A DNA stretch of 64,000 nt from Dimorphilus gyrociliatus. Its lineage: Eukaryota > Animalia > Annelida. Positions within the stretch are counted from its first letter, which is position 1. Each line of letters begins with the position of its first letter. Under the pieces are notes generated by a model that did no database searches, had not been told where the DNA came from, and saw only the letters and a program-made list of their open reading frames with translations. Positions 11,554 through 23,952 of this stretch are shown piece by piece. Location: positions 579,100 to 643,099 of the forward strand of contig CAJFCJ010000011.1 of the NCBI GenBank assembly GCA_904063045.1, read 5' to 3'. The translations under genes were made by a program, and so were the position numbers.

Positions 11554-14038
11554 TTATTTTTGTCTTACTGCCTTAATGAACATTGACTTCGTCTGTTCTA
11601 TGACTTGCTGATAGATTTTCAAATCTTCTTCTTTTGCTGATATAGATCTATCTAAAGCCATTTTCAGCATATCAATTTCATCACTTTTAAATAGAATATC
11701 ATTTTCTAAATCATCAATTTTTGTTGCTAATAAATCTGTTTCTGTTTCCTCGAGTTTTCTTCCTTCGCTTTTTAGTCTACCAACCTGTTTCTCAAGGATA
11801 GCAGTCTTTTTTCTTTCTGACTTTAAGTGTTGTTCACTTTGTAGTCTCTTTTCTTCACTATCTTGAACCCTTTTTTGCATAACTCCTATAAGTTCGACTA
11901 ATTTGTCACGTTCAACTTGAGCTGTTTGACTAGGGCGAAAAAACACAATCAAATAATTTAACTTCAAAAAAACTTATTAAATAATCTGTTACCTTAGTAC
12001 TTTGTAGTGTTCTATGTCTGCCCTCGGCGTTTCGGCTAATCGCGAAGACGATCTTGAAGATAATCTTGAGCTATTTCTTCTGGCAGAACCCATTTCTTCA
12101 GAATCGATCGTTACGACCGCGATATTATGTTCAATTCTGCATTGTGACAATCTAGAGGTCTTTTGAGTAAAGTGAGTTTTGGATTGAGAAGTTTTTCTTT
12201 TCAAACTATCAAACTCGTTCTCAAGCTCTATTAAATGATCATCGCGTTCACGAATAGTATTTTCCAACTGTTTTATTCTATTAAGATATTGTTCCGATTG
12301 CACTTTCAAATCAGACATATTTTTATTAAATTTTTCGCTAGAGTCAGATTTATTCTTAGTGGCAGACACCAAACCTTTCTGTAACTGTTCTATTTGTTTC
12401 TAAAATATTAAGAAAGTATCAATTATAGAATACGAATGACTATGTATCATTCAAAGGTTTATTACCATCAATGCTTGTATTAGCTCATTATCGTGGTTAT
12501 TCTTAGTTAGTAACGTTTGAGTTTGATTTTTCAGCGATTTAATTTCGTTGGAAAGAACTTTGTTTCTGAAGATATATTTAAATTAGTTCTTCAAAATCGA
12601 AATAAACATTTGTCTATTCTGTTACCTGGCCTTTGATGCGTCTAATTTTCCTTTAAGATCATCTCTTTCCTTCTCTAATTCTGAAATTGTTTCTCCCATC
12701 TTTTGTAAGTTTTCTTTTCTATCTTTTTCCAATTTCCTAATTTGATCTTTATGTTGGATATCCAAGGTGGCTGTCCGTCGACCAGACACAGCACTTCCAG
12801 TACCAAAATCCATTTCGGAGCCTTCTAACTGTGATTTTAATTCACTTACTTTTTGCTGTAAACTTAAAATTTGTTGAGATCTTCCTCTCCAAGTACTATC
12901 CGACTTTAACACAGCTTGAACGCTGGTGTTTTCACCGATTTCGTTAGAAAGTGCTTTTTGAGCCAGTTTTAGTTCCTGTTTTAAACTTGAATTTTGATTC
13001 CGATATTCAGCCATTTTCAGTTCGCTCTGTCTCAATTTTTCAGAGGTTGCTTTTAATTCTAGTTGTAATTTCTCTTCATCCAAGATTTCTCTAGGTTTTT
13101 CTGATCCTCCATTCTGTAGCTGTTAATATTTTATAAGATAGAGGTAAAAATAAGAGGATTGACGATATTACTTACTTGATTGCTCAACTCGTAGATTCTA
13201 CGTGTGGACAGTCGATTCTTGTTCCTTTCACTTTCTAATTCGGCATTTAATTCTCGTACTTTTTTGGATAATTCTACGATCTTCGTTGACGCTGCATCAG
13301 AAGTTGATCCCGCTGAAAATCTGTTGCCGTAAAATAATATATTACATTTGAAAATTAATTTTAAAGAAGAACACACACGTTTCTAATAGAATCTTATCTT
13401 TCTCCCATTTTTTCCTGAGTAATTTAGCTTCTACTTCCTTCTCTTTAACAAGTTGGAGTAAACGACCATTTTCATCTTCCAGGGATCTTATCCTATTCGT
13501 ATATTCCTCTTTAGCACTTTGAAATTCGTTTTTCAGTTGATCTTGCTGCATCGTATCCGCTCCCTAGTTTGAAAAATATATTTATTGTAAAATAAAATTC
13601 ACAATCTCTGTTTTGAGCATATTTTAAAGCGACCTCTCAATGTTTGAAATAAATACCACTTTACCCAATATTAAATATTTACTTAATTATTAATAACATG
13701 AACCTTTGCGATATAAGTCAAAACGGTTGAAATGTAAATAGAAAATATAAAACTGGGATTGATCCACTGTCATATTAGATTGTTGATTAGATAATATAAG
13801 TGAGAAAATACTAGGAGAATAAGTCAAAGCTGAGTTTCATTTCAATTTCATAACCAGAAAGTTGAACTATACTCACCATTAATCCTAAATCATCACTTAG
13901 AGTAAGAGACTCTTCATTATCCCCATTCTGTTGTTTAGATTTCGCAGCTTGCTGTTGTTTAATTCGAACAAATTTCTTTTTTTGTTTTTCTTGGATCGCT
14001 TCAAATTGTAACCTTAGATCGTCTTGTGTCGAAGTCAT
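11554..14038 (-). CDS. CCDC13: Coiled-coil domain-containing protein 13 homolog (multi-exon)
   Basis: N-terminal MTSTQDDLRLQFEAIQEKQKKKF matches human QNTLRLQFKAMQEMQHKRLQK. LEDENGRLLQLVKEKEVEAKLLRKKWEKDKI matches VDENGRLYKLLKERDFEIKHLKKKIEEDRF. STKIVELSKKVRELNAE matches ATKIVELSKKNRLLMAE. AEYRNQNSSLKQELKLAQKALSNEIGENTSVQAVLKSDSTWRGRSQQILSLQQKVSEL matches [58 protein letters not shown]. The C-terminal ...YQQVIEQTKSMFIKAVRQK matches ...YHEILGQVKSVFLQALRQQK. Confidence 0.8.
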
Positions 14039-14884
14039 CCTCACTATATATTTTTAAAAGTGAACGATAATCGAGGATATATCGGAGATTTATCTTTTTA
14101 CCTTAAAAAATGAAACCATCTGTAAAAAAGAACCCAATGTATTTATATTAAAGTTAGTTTAAAACATCTTATTGAAGTAAATTATTAAGATCAAATTGAT
14201 AAGCTTCTTAATATCTTTAAAAATCGATGTAAACAAAATCTTCACTAACAGGCGCGCAGAGATTTTTAAGGAATGAGAAAAGCTAAATTCGCGGTTTTTC
14301 GAATGGTAAGTTTGTTAAAGTGTCAAATAAAGTTGTCACACTTATTTTAAAATTAATTCTATTAGTCAATAAATCTTCAGATTCAATATGCATTTCTCAA
14401 CTTTAGACTTCATTAATCTAAGCTTCCTATTACTAATTTATATCGGCCAAAACAACAAGTTGGACTAATTTAGGCTTCTTTTTTCCCAATATAGTGTATA
14501 CTAATACATTTCTAAAGTAAGATTAACGTACACAAACCCTGGGTTTTTTATCCGAGTTCTGATTATATTTTGTATTTGAAATATTTCGTAATTATATACG
14601 AGACATTCGACATAGATCAAACAAAATAGAGGCATAAATTAGTCTGTACGAGGCCGGAAGAGTAGAGAAACGTAATGTTAACGGATCTTCAACATCTTCA
14701 AAGAAATTATATTTCAAGGATGAGCTAATTGGGAAAGGATTAATTATAGCATCTTCGGCGACAGGGATACTTTTTGCAATGGTCTTTCCATGTTTATGCT
14801 GCATTTGTAGGCATATATCAGCTAAAATTGTAAATAGGTCTTTTTAATACGTGTCTATTATGAAATAGCAAAGATTACTTTTTA

Positions 14885-15289
14885 GAATGAGGAAATGGAA
14901 GAATTTCGTGAAATGAATCCTGATTTGGAAGATAAGAAGACAAGAAGTTTCTTCAAGTTCCCAATAAAAGGTAAAGAAGACTCAATTATTAATTTATGTT
15001 GAGAAACTATTTTTAAGGCTTGAGAGAAAGAACTGGAGGAAGAAGAAGGGAAAATCGCCTGAAAGATACAGCGAAAATAACAGTGGAGCTTAAAAAAGAA
15101 ATTCCGCCTGGATATGAGCTGGCTTGGGTAAGAACAAGTACGGGTATACGATATCTTGAACTTGTTCCTTCCGAAAAGATACCTATAAGAAAAAAAATAG
15201 GAGAAGCAAGAAGTCGTTCTCGTAACTACATTGACGATTCTGCAATTCGAAACAGAAAATTAACCGGAGACAACGAAGCTTCAGTATAA
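14885..15289 (+). CDS. Small basic/acidic protein, 2 exons, unidentified
   Basis: Exon 1 (...EEMEEFREMNPDLEDKKTRSFFKFPIK) ends at an AAAAG|GTAAAG donor at about 14965. Exon 2 starts after tttttaag at 15019 and reads GLRERTGGRRRENRLKDTAK...IRNRKLTGDNEASV* in a consistent phase. Confidence 0.3.
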
Positions 15290-15445
15290 ACTGTAAAGCG
15301 CCCATAGAATTTAGCATAATTTGTATTTAAAGTAACTTTGGATTCAATATAGAAGATAAGATTCAATATGATTATATATGATCTCTCTTCTCAGTCAATA
15401 GGCTCAAACAAGTGATAAATCTTACAATTTGTCATTCTTAAGTGA

Positions 15446-15460
15446 AATTAAAAAACAAAA
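15446..15460 (-). terminator. Pol III oligo-T terminator downstream of tRNA-Val(CAC)
   Basis: The plus-strand aaaaacaaaa run reads as TTTTGTTTTT on the tRNA strand, immediately 3' of the tRNA. Confidence 0.5.
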
Positions 15461-15462
15461 CT

Positions 15463-15535
15463 TGGTTCCGCCGAGGATCGAACTCGGGACCTCTCGCGTG
15501 TGAAGCGAGCGTGATAACCACTACACTACAGAACC
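15463..15535 (-). tRNA. tRNA-Val (anticodon CAC), 73 nt
   Basis: The reverse complement GGTTCTGTAGTGTAGTGGTTATCACGCTCGCTTCACACGCGAGAGGTCCCGAGTTCGATCCTCGGCGGAACCA has a 7-bp acceptor stem, D-loop GTGGTTA, anticodon loop CTCACAC and T-loop GGTTCGATCC. It is near-identical to vertebrate tRNA-Val-CAC. Confidence 0.9.
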
Positions 15536-15605
15536 CATGAGATTTGCTTTGTCAGTCTGACAGTTAGAGTCCACCGGATTAAGTTTCGTCAAAAAACGGT
15601 CAAGT

Positions 15606-15619
15606 AAAAAAAAAAATTA
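15606..15619 (-). terminator. Pol III oligo-T terminator downstream of tRNA-Val(AAC)
   Basis: The plus-strand aaaaaaaaaaattat run gives a T10 run on the tRNA strand directly 3' of the gene. Confidence 0.5.
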
Positions 15620-15692
15620 TGATTCCGCCGAGGATCGAACTCGGGACCTCTCGCGTGTTAGGCGAGCGTGATAACCGCTACACTACGGAATC
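15620..15692 (-). tRNA. tRNA-Val (anticodon AAC), 73 nt
   Basis: The reverse complement GATTCCGTAGTGTAGCGGTTATCACGCTCGCCTAACACGCGAGAGGTCCCGAGTTCGATCCTCGGCGGAATCA has a cloverleaf with anticodon loop CTAACAC. It differs from the neighbouring Val-CAC gene at a few positions including the anticodon. Confidence 0.9.
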
Positions 15693-17456
15693 GCTGAATA
15701 ATAAGCGATTAATTGAGGCATCTGAGTTACCAAAAAAAACTGAAGCAATGATATAAAAGAATTAGAAGTGCGCAACAAATACAATTTGAATTAATTATGT
15801 AGATATAGGCATATTCAACCACTATAAATAGTATATTTACAAATTACAATTACGACTTAAGTTATTTTGTAACTTTATTACTGTATCAAAAACTGTGTTT
15901 ATTCAAAAATAGTACAGTATATTCTTGAAAGTCAGTTTAATATGAGAATCTCATCAGCCGTTCAAAATACTAAAATTTGTAGAAAATACATTTTGGAAAT
16001 CTGCTGAAAATTTTCCAACTTCTTTCTCTTCTTTCCGCTTTGTTTGTCAGTTCTTACATTTCACCAACTATCTCTTGTTTTGTATGTTTCTGTAAAATTA
16101 TTCAAAACTTAATTAATTGTATTTGACTGCAGCATTACGCTACCGTTTTTCGATATTAGTTTTTGCTATCAATATGTCACATTTTTCTGATTTAGCTTGT
16201 CATGTTTTCTTTCCTGCAGACGGTTACAAAGAATTAAATCAAACTGATTAGCAGATTTCAAATATTCAATAAAAATTTAGCGATATATAATTATATAGAA
16301 TACAGAAGCCTAAGCTAATGAGGAGTTTGAGGGCATCTTTTTCTCTTCGAAATACTTCAAACTTTCAGACCACAAGCGGCGAATTCAAGCAGTTGCTGAG
16401 GAAAAGACTGTTTAAGAAGAGTAAACATTCTTAAAACAGTCTCAGATTTCGATCTATTCGACTAAAATTTATATAAAAATTCCAACGAATTAGAATAGCA
16501 AATTGAAAGTCAAACGACATTAACTTAATTTAAACATTACTTAAAATCGACGTGTTCAAGTTCCGTTTGTAAAAAAATTACACTCTGCTATGAGATAGAC
16601 TGATCTTAAATTCCAAGTAAGCTGGTTGATGAAAAGCCATTTCAGAGCTCACTGCTTAGAAGCGATCACCAGACCATCAAGAAACCAAAGCTAAGATACT
16701 CTATGTAATTGGTATCTGTAGTGCCATCTCAAATGGGTTTTGATATGAGAATGCTAATTTAAAATTAACTACTAATTCAAGTAAGGTATTTTATCATACT
16801 ACAAAATTAATAAATTCATATCAAGTTAATTTAATTGATGACACGACGAAATACAATAAATTTGCATATATTACCCCTGAAATAGGATTATGTTTAGAAA
16901 TCACTCATCTGAGGCGAAAAAAAGATAACTTTACCAAAGACGAGAATGTGCCAACCACCTGTTGTCTTGGGAACTCCACAAACCATTAAAGAGAACTTTC
17001 CAGGAATAAAAAATATTACGCAAAAATTCAACGATCTCGAAAAAAAATTTGCTTTCGAGTAAAATGACCAAATTCAACAATTTCACTTACTTGCTCATTC
17101 AATATAACATAATCAGAAGATCAAAGAAGTGTCAAATTATTATCATTTCATCTTGGCTGTTCAAAATGTCTATTGACAATGACAATTTTCTTTAGCAAAA
17201 CAATTGAAAAATAAAATCACTGTTAACACCGTGTATTTCCTCTCAAGTATCTCAACACAACACAATAGTTCTTGAGACTTTCTCCAATTTCAAAATACAA
17301 TTACGGTATTGTAAAAACACAAAGTCAATAAACAAACATATAATCTAATTTTAATTGTGTCCAAAAATCCCTTTTTCAATTAATTAACGAGCGCAGATTT
17401 ACTAACTATTATGAAAAAGAGACATACCGAGCATTTCTCTCTTCTCGTTCTCTCGC

Positions 17457-19627
17457 TACGGCATTCGATCATATCTAACTTCAATTCTTCGTCCATCGAC
17501 ATTGGCCCCATCGAATTTTTCTGTTATAAAAAAGAAAAAACAATTCGATTACATATAATAAGCTCCATATATAGTTCATGATTTCGGCACCTATTGCTCT
17601 TCTTGCGGATTCATAGGAATGAAATCGCACAATTCCACACCCCTTAGACTTTCCGTTATCAGTTTTAATTTCAGCAAACCGAACTTCACCACATGACCTG
17701 AACTTTTCTTTTAGATCTTGCCATGTGTACTTGAATGGTAAATTTCTAACAAACACTGAATTTGAGTCTCTTCTTTCTCTATCACGTTCTCGAGACGAGG
17801 ATGACATATACATATTGTCTCGATAATCTTCTCGAAACGATCCAACTTCAAATAAAGAATTCGTCCCTTTAAAGCTTGAGCTTCTACTTAATCCAGAAAA
17901 GAAGTTTGAGGACGCACCACTACTTAAACTATTCAATAAAGTTGAGCTATTGCTATTTATAGAATCAAAATTCATTCCACTCCCTATATAAGGTACAAAG
18001 ATTTTAATCCGGATTTAAAATTCATTTATAAACAATAACCTGAAAAACCCAAAGAGCCACTATTCAATCCAACGGATGAACTTAAACCACCTAAACTACT
18101 AAGTAATGAATTTGTGCCGCTATTGCCATTTCCACTTCCACTTCCACCTACGCTACTACTCCCGACTCCTGCTCCAACGTTATTCAAGCTTAATGGATTG
18201 CCAATACCTCTAAGACCAGCCGGTAATTTTCTTGGAAGGTCTCCAGGAACTGATCCCGAACTAGCTAATTTGTCCATCTTTACGTTCATTGCACGTTCGT
18301 ACAACATTTGTCTATTAAACATGGATATAGCTTGACAAGCTTCTAATGCGGTTTCAAATTGAACAGTTGCCATCCCTCGACTTTTTCCTTCTTTATCTTC
18401 CAGCAATTCCACAGCCGTTATTCGACCTGCCAGTCTGAAAACCTCATGCAATTTTTTTTGAGTGACTTTATAATCAAGGTTTGCTATGAACACCTAAAAT
18501 GATCACAAAATTTTAGTTAAAAACTATCTCATTTACCAGATTAGTAGCATCACATACCTGATTGGTAACTGATCCTTCTATTCCCAATTGTTGAAGAATT
18601 TGTGGAGTAACACCCTGAGTATTGACATTGTTGTTGATTGGTGCATTGTCAACCATTAAAGGAGGAGGTTGGTGTCTAATATTATCAGGTCTTTGACACA
18701 TTTCTTTATTCCTCTGTAGTCTGCGTCGATCCTTTTCAGTTTCTTCTCTAACAATAATCTTTCTTCCCCGTAACTCGTACCTGTGTGAACATAAAAGCTG
18801 AAATACTTAATAAACATTGACAATTTAACTCTATTAGAATGAATTTATATCTGCCTTTCCATAAATGGTAAACGTACCCAAAGGGATTTAATTGAAAATT
18901 AATTTGTATTAAATGTTATGTGAAGTTACGTTTTATCGTAATTTAATTAATAATTCACATAATATATAGATAATAATTGATAGAAGTATTTACATTGAAA
19001 ATAAATATTATACATATATGTTGTATAAAGTCTCACCTGTCCATCTTCTCTAGGGCTTTCTGGGCGAGTTTTTCGTCTTTGAACTCTATTAAACCTGATC
19101 CCAATGGCTTTCCATCTGGTGCATCTGGTAGCTCTACGTAAGTTACTTCGCCAATCTCTTTTCGAAACAAGTCTTTGACTGCTTGCCAACGCAGTTCATA
19201 GGGAATATTAGATATAAATAATCGCCTAGTTTTGCATATTCTATCAGAATTAGATTTTCTCCTCCTCTCCCTTGATCTTGAACGTGAATTTGAATCCTCC
19301 CTAAAATTATCAACAACAGTTTTTACACTTTAAAAAAATTCTCTTTCAAGAGCTGCATCAGATATGTCTATCACTGACAGCTTCTATGACAGACCCAAGC
19401 TAAATAAAAATATACCTTCGATTTAGCGGCGATCTTGAGCGGTCTCTCTTCTGATCAGAGTCACCTTCTCTGCATTGATAAACTTGTTAATAGCCTAAGA
19501 AAAGCCTTTTCTAATTTAAATTTCCTTACCTTAAGGGAGAGAAATTTGCATCATCAGCATTTGCAAACTCATCATCGTTTGGATCATATATATCATCAGA
19601 AGATTTTTGATCAGTTTCAGCGGCCAT
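17457..19627 (-). CDS. hnRNP M / MYEF2-like RNA-binding protein with three RRMs (multi-exon)
   Basis: Exon 1 is MAAETDQKSSDDIYDPNDDEF... RRM1 reads FISNIPYELRWQAVKDLFRKEIGEVTYVELPDAPDGKPLGSGLIEFKDEKLAQKALEKMDR. RRM2 reads MFIANLDYKVTQKKLHEVFRLAGRITAVELLEDKEGKSRGMATVQFE. A Gly/Ser-rich linker follows. RRM3 reads VFVRNLPFKYTWQDLKEKFRSCGEVRFAEIKTDNGKSKGCGIVRFHSYESARRAI (human hnRNPM: IFVRNLPFDFTWKMLKDKFNECGHVLYADIKMENGKSKGCGVVKFESPE). The terminal exon reads EKFDGANVDGRRIEVRYDRMP*. Confidence 0.8.
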
Positions 19628-20073
19628 TTTAAAAATAGAAATGTTGTCACAAGCAGTAATGGTTTCCATAAGAACAATGTCTCACCCTTTTGCAATCGTT
19701 GACTTTTTTTGCAGTTCAAAGAATTATCTTACAGTTAAATTTAAATCCAAAAAAAATATTAATATTTCTCAAATTAAGGCTTAACTCTATAAAATATATT
19801 TTATGTAGAATTAATTGAAAAACCGCATAATAAAAAATTTAGAACTTAAATATAATTAAACTTTCAAAAGTGGTGTAGCAAATAAATAAAAATCATTTAC
19901 CTATTTTTGAAAAAAGATTTTTAGAAATTTAAATACTTTCTCAACAGAATGTTGACCTTCTATATACAATACAATCTCTTCAACCTACCAGTTTTTATTA
20001 TTTATGTGTGTTTTTCACACAACCACGTTTTCTTGTTTTCGCTCAATAGTACGGTAGAGTGCTTTAACGCATA

Positions 20074-21592
20074 ATGTCTAGTTTCAAGACTGCCGAACTT
20101 TGCCCGAAACAAAAAACTGAAATTGTTTCCGAATATTGGGACAATTATAGGCAGTTAAATGTGCGAAAGGAAACTGGGGCCGCCAATTGGGTTGAATATC
20201 ATCCAGAACAAGAAGATGTGCTTCTCTTCACATGCGGAAGCCGGGTGTCAATTGTTGATAGCAATATGGAACCTACAAAAACTTTTAGTAGATTCAAAGA
20301 AGATGTGTACAGTGCAAGATGGCGCTCTGATGGTTCTTTGATAACTTGTGGCGGTCAACAGGGAAAACTTCATGTTCTTCATCCCCAGCACGTTAGTTTC
20401 TTATATAAGTATGCTATGTAAAAGGATTTATTTCTAAATTCTTGGGCCTAAATTGAATTTTTAAAAATTATTCCAAGAGTATATTCTTTTACAGGGTGAA
20501 CTGCGAAGAATAAAAGCTCACAAGCAAGCCATCAGAAGCTGCGGTTTTACAAAAGATAATCATCGAATAATTTCTGGAAGCGATGACAACGAAGTGAAGA
20601 TTTGGGATATTGCTACAGGGGAATGTGTGCAAACTTTTAGATCTCATAGCGATCATGTGAGATCAGTGTCTCCAAGTTCGACAAATTCTCAACACTTTGT
20701 TTCTTCTAGTTACGACCATACCATAAAGTTGTGGGATTGCAGACATCCAGATACTGAGGTTTTAACAATGCAGCACAATACTCCTGTTGAATGCGTTTTA
20801 TTCGCAAATGAACTTTGCATTAGTGCTGGAGGAAATTCTGTAAAGATTTGGGATTTATTAGCCGGTGGCAGATTGCTTAAAGAGTTACGCGACCATCATA
20901 AAACTCCAACATGCGTAAAGTTCTCGTCAGGAAGAAGCTATATGCTCACAACAGGTCTTGATAAAAGGATTCTTATCTATGATTGGAATGGTTTTGAATA
21001 TGCTCATTCATTTAAAACTTCTGCCCCAGCTCTATCTGTTGCCGTTTCCAAAGGCGATAAAAGATTTTCTGTTGGATTGGAAGATGGTTTAATAACTACC
21101 TTTGAGAAGAAAGAAAAATTAGAGAAATGGCGCGAGCCTAAAGAAGAAATAGAAGAAGATTGGAAGCCAAAAAATATGTCTAAAGCCGACAAGCATCTAA
21201 GACATTTTGAGCATTCAAAAGCCTTAGATTTTGTTTTGAAGAAAAATCAAGGAGGAATGAAAGTAGATCAAGTCATCAGTGTTCTTCAAGAGTTAATAAG
21301 AAGAGATGTCTTACATGCAGCAATTGCAAGTCGAAGTGAGAAATCTTCACTCGAACACCTTTTAAAATTTGTATTATACAATATAGGTGTACAGCGATAT
21401 ACAGCTCCTTTAATAGAAGTAGCTAATGTCATCTTAGATATTGAGCTACAGACTGAAGAAGTTCCACAACCCGAAGTGGTAGATTTATTAAATAGACTCC
21501 GACGAGCAGTTAAAAGTGAAATTGAAATGTGCGATAAGATCGCTCAAATGAGGGGTGCTCTTGAAATTATAATGAACTGTAATTCTGCATAA
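20074..21592 (+). CDS. UTP15: U3 snoRNA-associated protein 15 homolog (WD40). Two exons: 20074-20388 and 20495-21592.
   Basis: Translates to ...TKTFSRFKEDVYSARWRSDGSLITCGGQQGKLHVL / GELRRIKAHKQAIRSCGFTKDNHRIISGSDDNEVKIWDIATGECVQTFRSHSDHVRSVS...SYDHTIKLWDCR...GGNSVKIWDLLAGGRLLKELRDHHKTPTCVKFSS...DKRILIYD...HFEHSKALDFVL. This aligns colinearly with human UTP15 ([33 protein letters not shown]...VKLWDI...FKEHSDYVRC...SYDHTVKMFDAR...[34 protein letters not shown]...HFRISKALDRVL). Confidence 0.85.
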
Positions 21593-22060
21593 ATTTTCTT
21601 ATTAATGATGTAAATATCTCATAATTTCATAAAGACTTTGTTAAGATGAATTGATTATTAGTGTTATCCTTACATTTGAATTTAAGTTTAGCATTTACGA
21701 GATACTTTTGCCTAATGTATCCTTCTTTTGTACTAGCGCTCTACAATGAGAGATAAGCAAACAAGCTTTCAATATTAAGACACTGTACTTATTCTTCTGT
21801 CAGACTAGTTATTCTTAATATCCCAGGAATTATAGTAGCTCATAGGTTTATATTTGTTTATTAGAAAGAAAACTAAAGATAAACGCTATTAAAAAACTCT
21901 CAAGCAAAAACTGCTGAATTCTTGAATGTGAGCGATACTAGACACATAGTGCGACTCTATATGCAATGAGACCTATCAAACACCAGTTTTCTGTAGAAAC
22001 CGGTATAAGCTCATACTTCCAAAGACAACTGGATCAAAAATTATCACTTTCCTATAAACC

Positions 22061-23909
22061 ATGGTAATTATTTTTATTTTCTATTAATAGAAAAATTTAT
22101 TTATAATTTTTTCAGGACGTTAAGAAGGAAGAAGATGTTGAGGATCCGATTGTTGAAGAACGAAATGTTTATTTGAACAAACAGTTAATGATGTATTTGC
22201 TTCGCTTCCCTCTACGTCCTGCAAATTCAGATATGACTTCATTCTGTTCTGCAAAGATTAAACCGAAACAAAGAGAAGTTGAACTAGAATCCCGCTTAGA
22301 AGAAAATTCTCATTATTCAAAAACGAAGGCTGCTGAAATAGCATGCAATAGCAACATGGATGCAGACATAAGAAGAATTGCTCTTTCCAGCTCTATTACT
22401 AATGCGAACGAAGGGAGCTATGCCGTTGCTTTTATATCTTCAGATGGAAATTTTAATTTGTGCCCAGTAACAAGTATTTTAGAAATGAGGCCATCACTTA
22501 ATTACTTAGATTCTGAAAGGCGTTCTAAAGATGAAGTAATAACAAATGACACAGAAGAGAAAGTATCTGTCCATTATGCTCGAAAAGAATCGGATGCAGC
22601 AAAAGCCAAGCGCCTAGCTTCATATGATTACCATATGAAAAACAAAGCCAAAGAGAGATGGATTAGTCTTGATTATAGAAAAGCAGATAGTCGTCAAGCA
22701 GTTGCTGAACGTTCGCTCCTTGTAAGAGAAATGGGAGATAATTTTCAGTCTCAGTCTTTAGAATGGTTAGATACAACACCTGATGAATATGCTAAAAAAT
22801 TATTACCCGCTGTTGAGGAAGAAGTGGAGTCACACACGCCCTTACCTTATCATATGCTTTCACTCTCGCAGCTAAGAACTCGGCCATTATTAGATCAGGT
22901 CAAACAATTATTGCGTCAGGCCAAGGTTATGAAATTTTCTCAGTTACAGACATTAGTGGGAGGTTGTTCTGATTCTTCTACGCTTCTATGGCAAGTTCAG
23001 CAAGTTGGTTTGCTGATCCAAGGTTGTTGGGTGTTAAAATCAGAAATTTTATATGATGAAAGTCAAAAACACTTAGTAAGTCCCCGAGATTTCGTTCTTT
23101 GGAAATTTGTGCAATCTAGAGATATTCTTCGAAAAGATCTAGCTCAAGCATTAAAGATTTCTCCAGACCAATTAAAAAATGTTTTATTGACAGTGGCTAG
23201 ATCAAAAGGTGTAACTAGGCATTGGGAATTCTTAATGGATACAGATAAAGACTTTATAGATAATCATCCTGAGACTGTCCATAAACAGCAGCGACAATGG
23301 ATTGCTAAACAGCAGGAATTACAAAAGATTCTGAACATTGACCTCACAACAAATCAAAAACGAAGGCGTCAAAGTTCAACTAGAATAGATGATGATACAA
23401 AGTCTCCTAAAGTAAGGAGCCGTCACACCAGTGGAAAGTCACAGGAATCTCCAGCTATTGATGCGAAAAGCCTAAATGATAAATTAACTGAGGTTGATCG
23501 GGAAAAGAGCCTACAATCTTTCATTAAAATCCTTATGACGAATCATCACGTCCTATCACTAACCGAGATCCGCCGGCAGTTAAATATGAAATTAGCTCAA
23601 CTGGATGCAGGACATCCTCTGACTTGTGTTTCTGAGGTTGAGTTAGAAGAAGCTGTAACCAAAGCAGGGTCAAAAAAATTTGGTCAAGTTTTTGTCATGA
23701 TGGAATATGGTGACGGTTTAGACATTATTAGACAATGCGTCTTAGATAAAATGAATAAAGATTTCAAAGTTCGGATAGGTCTAGTAAAAGAGCGTGTTGA
23801 AGAAGTTACAGGCAAACCCGCAAATGAAGCTGAATGTAAAAGAATTCTGAAAGATATGTGCAGTAGCAGGGGTTCATTATGGGTTTTAAAAAATTCTGTT
23901 AGTTCTTGA
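22061..23909 (+). CDS. POLR3E: DNA-directed RNA polymerase III subunit RPC5. Exon 1 is ATG only (22061-22063); exon 2 is 22116-23909.
   Basis: M|DVKKEEDVEDPIVEERNVYLNKQLMMYLLRFPLRPANSD...CSAKIKPKQREVELE...GNFNLCPVTSILEMRPSLNYLDS...MLSLSQLRTRPLLDQVKQLLRQAKVMKFSQLQTLVG...LIQGCWVLKSEILYDE...RDFVLWKFVQSRDI...GSLWVLKNSV aligns end to end with human POLR3E (EEDDPVVQEIDVYLAKSL...YLFQYPVRPAS...LSAKIKPKQQKVELE...GILQLRPSFSYLDK...VLSMAQLRTLPLADQIKILMKNVKVMPFANLMSLLG...VQGNWVVKSDILYP...RDFVMWKFTQSRWV...GGMWYLKGTV). Confidence 0.85.
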
Positions 23910-23952
23910 AGAAAAAAATTAAATAAACTTAAATATGTCTTTCATGTTTTGA

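Noticed and set aside
15700-17450. 1.7 kb ORF-free stretch considered for hidden ncRNA (snRNA/SL RNA) genes
   Set aside because: I could not find U1, U2 or U6 signature boxes or a spliced-leader-like sequence. It is most simply the long 3' UTR and downstream region of the hnRNP M-like gene.
18114-18335. 73-aa plus ORF rich in P/L/T
   Set aside because: It is antisense to the Gly/Ser-rich linker of the hnRNP M-like gene.
22185-22190. Alternative POLR3E start at the internal Met-Met (LMMYLL)
   Set aside because: It would remove about 23 residues that align well with the human N-terminus. The upstream ATG|GT split-start model is kept as more likely but unconfirmed.
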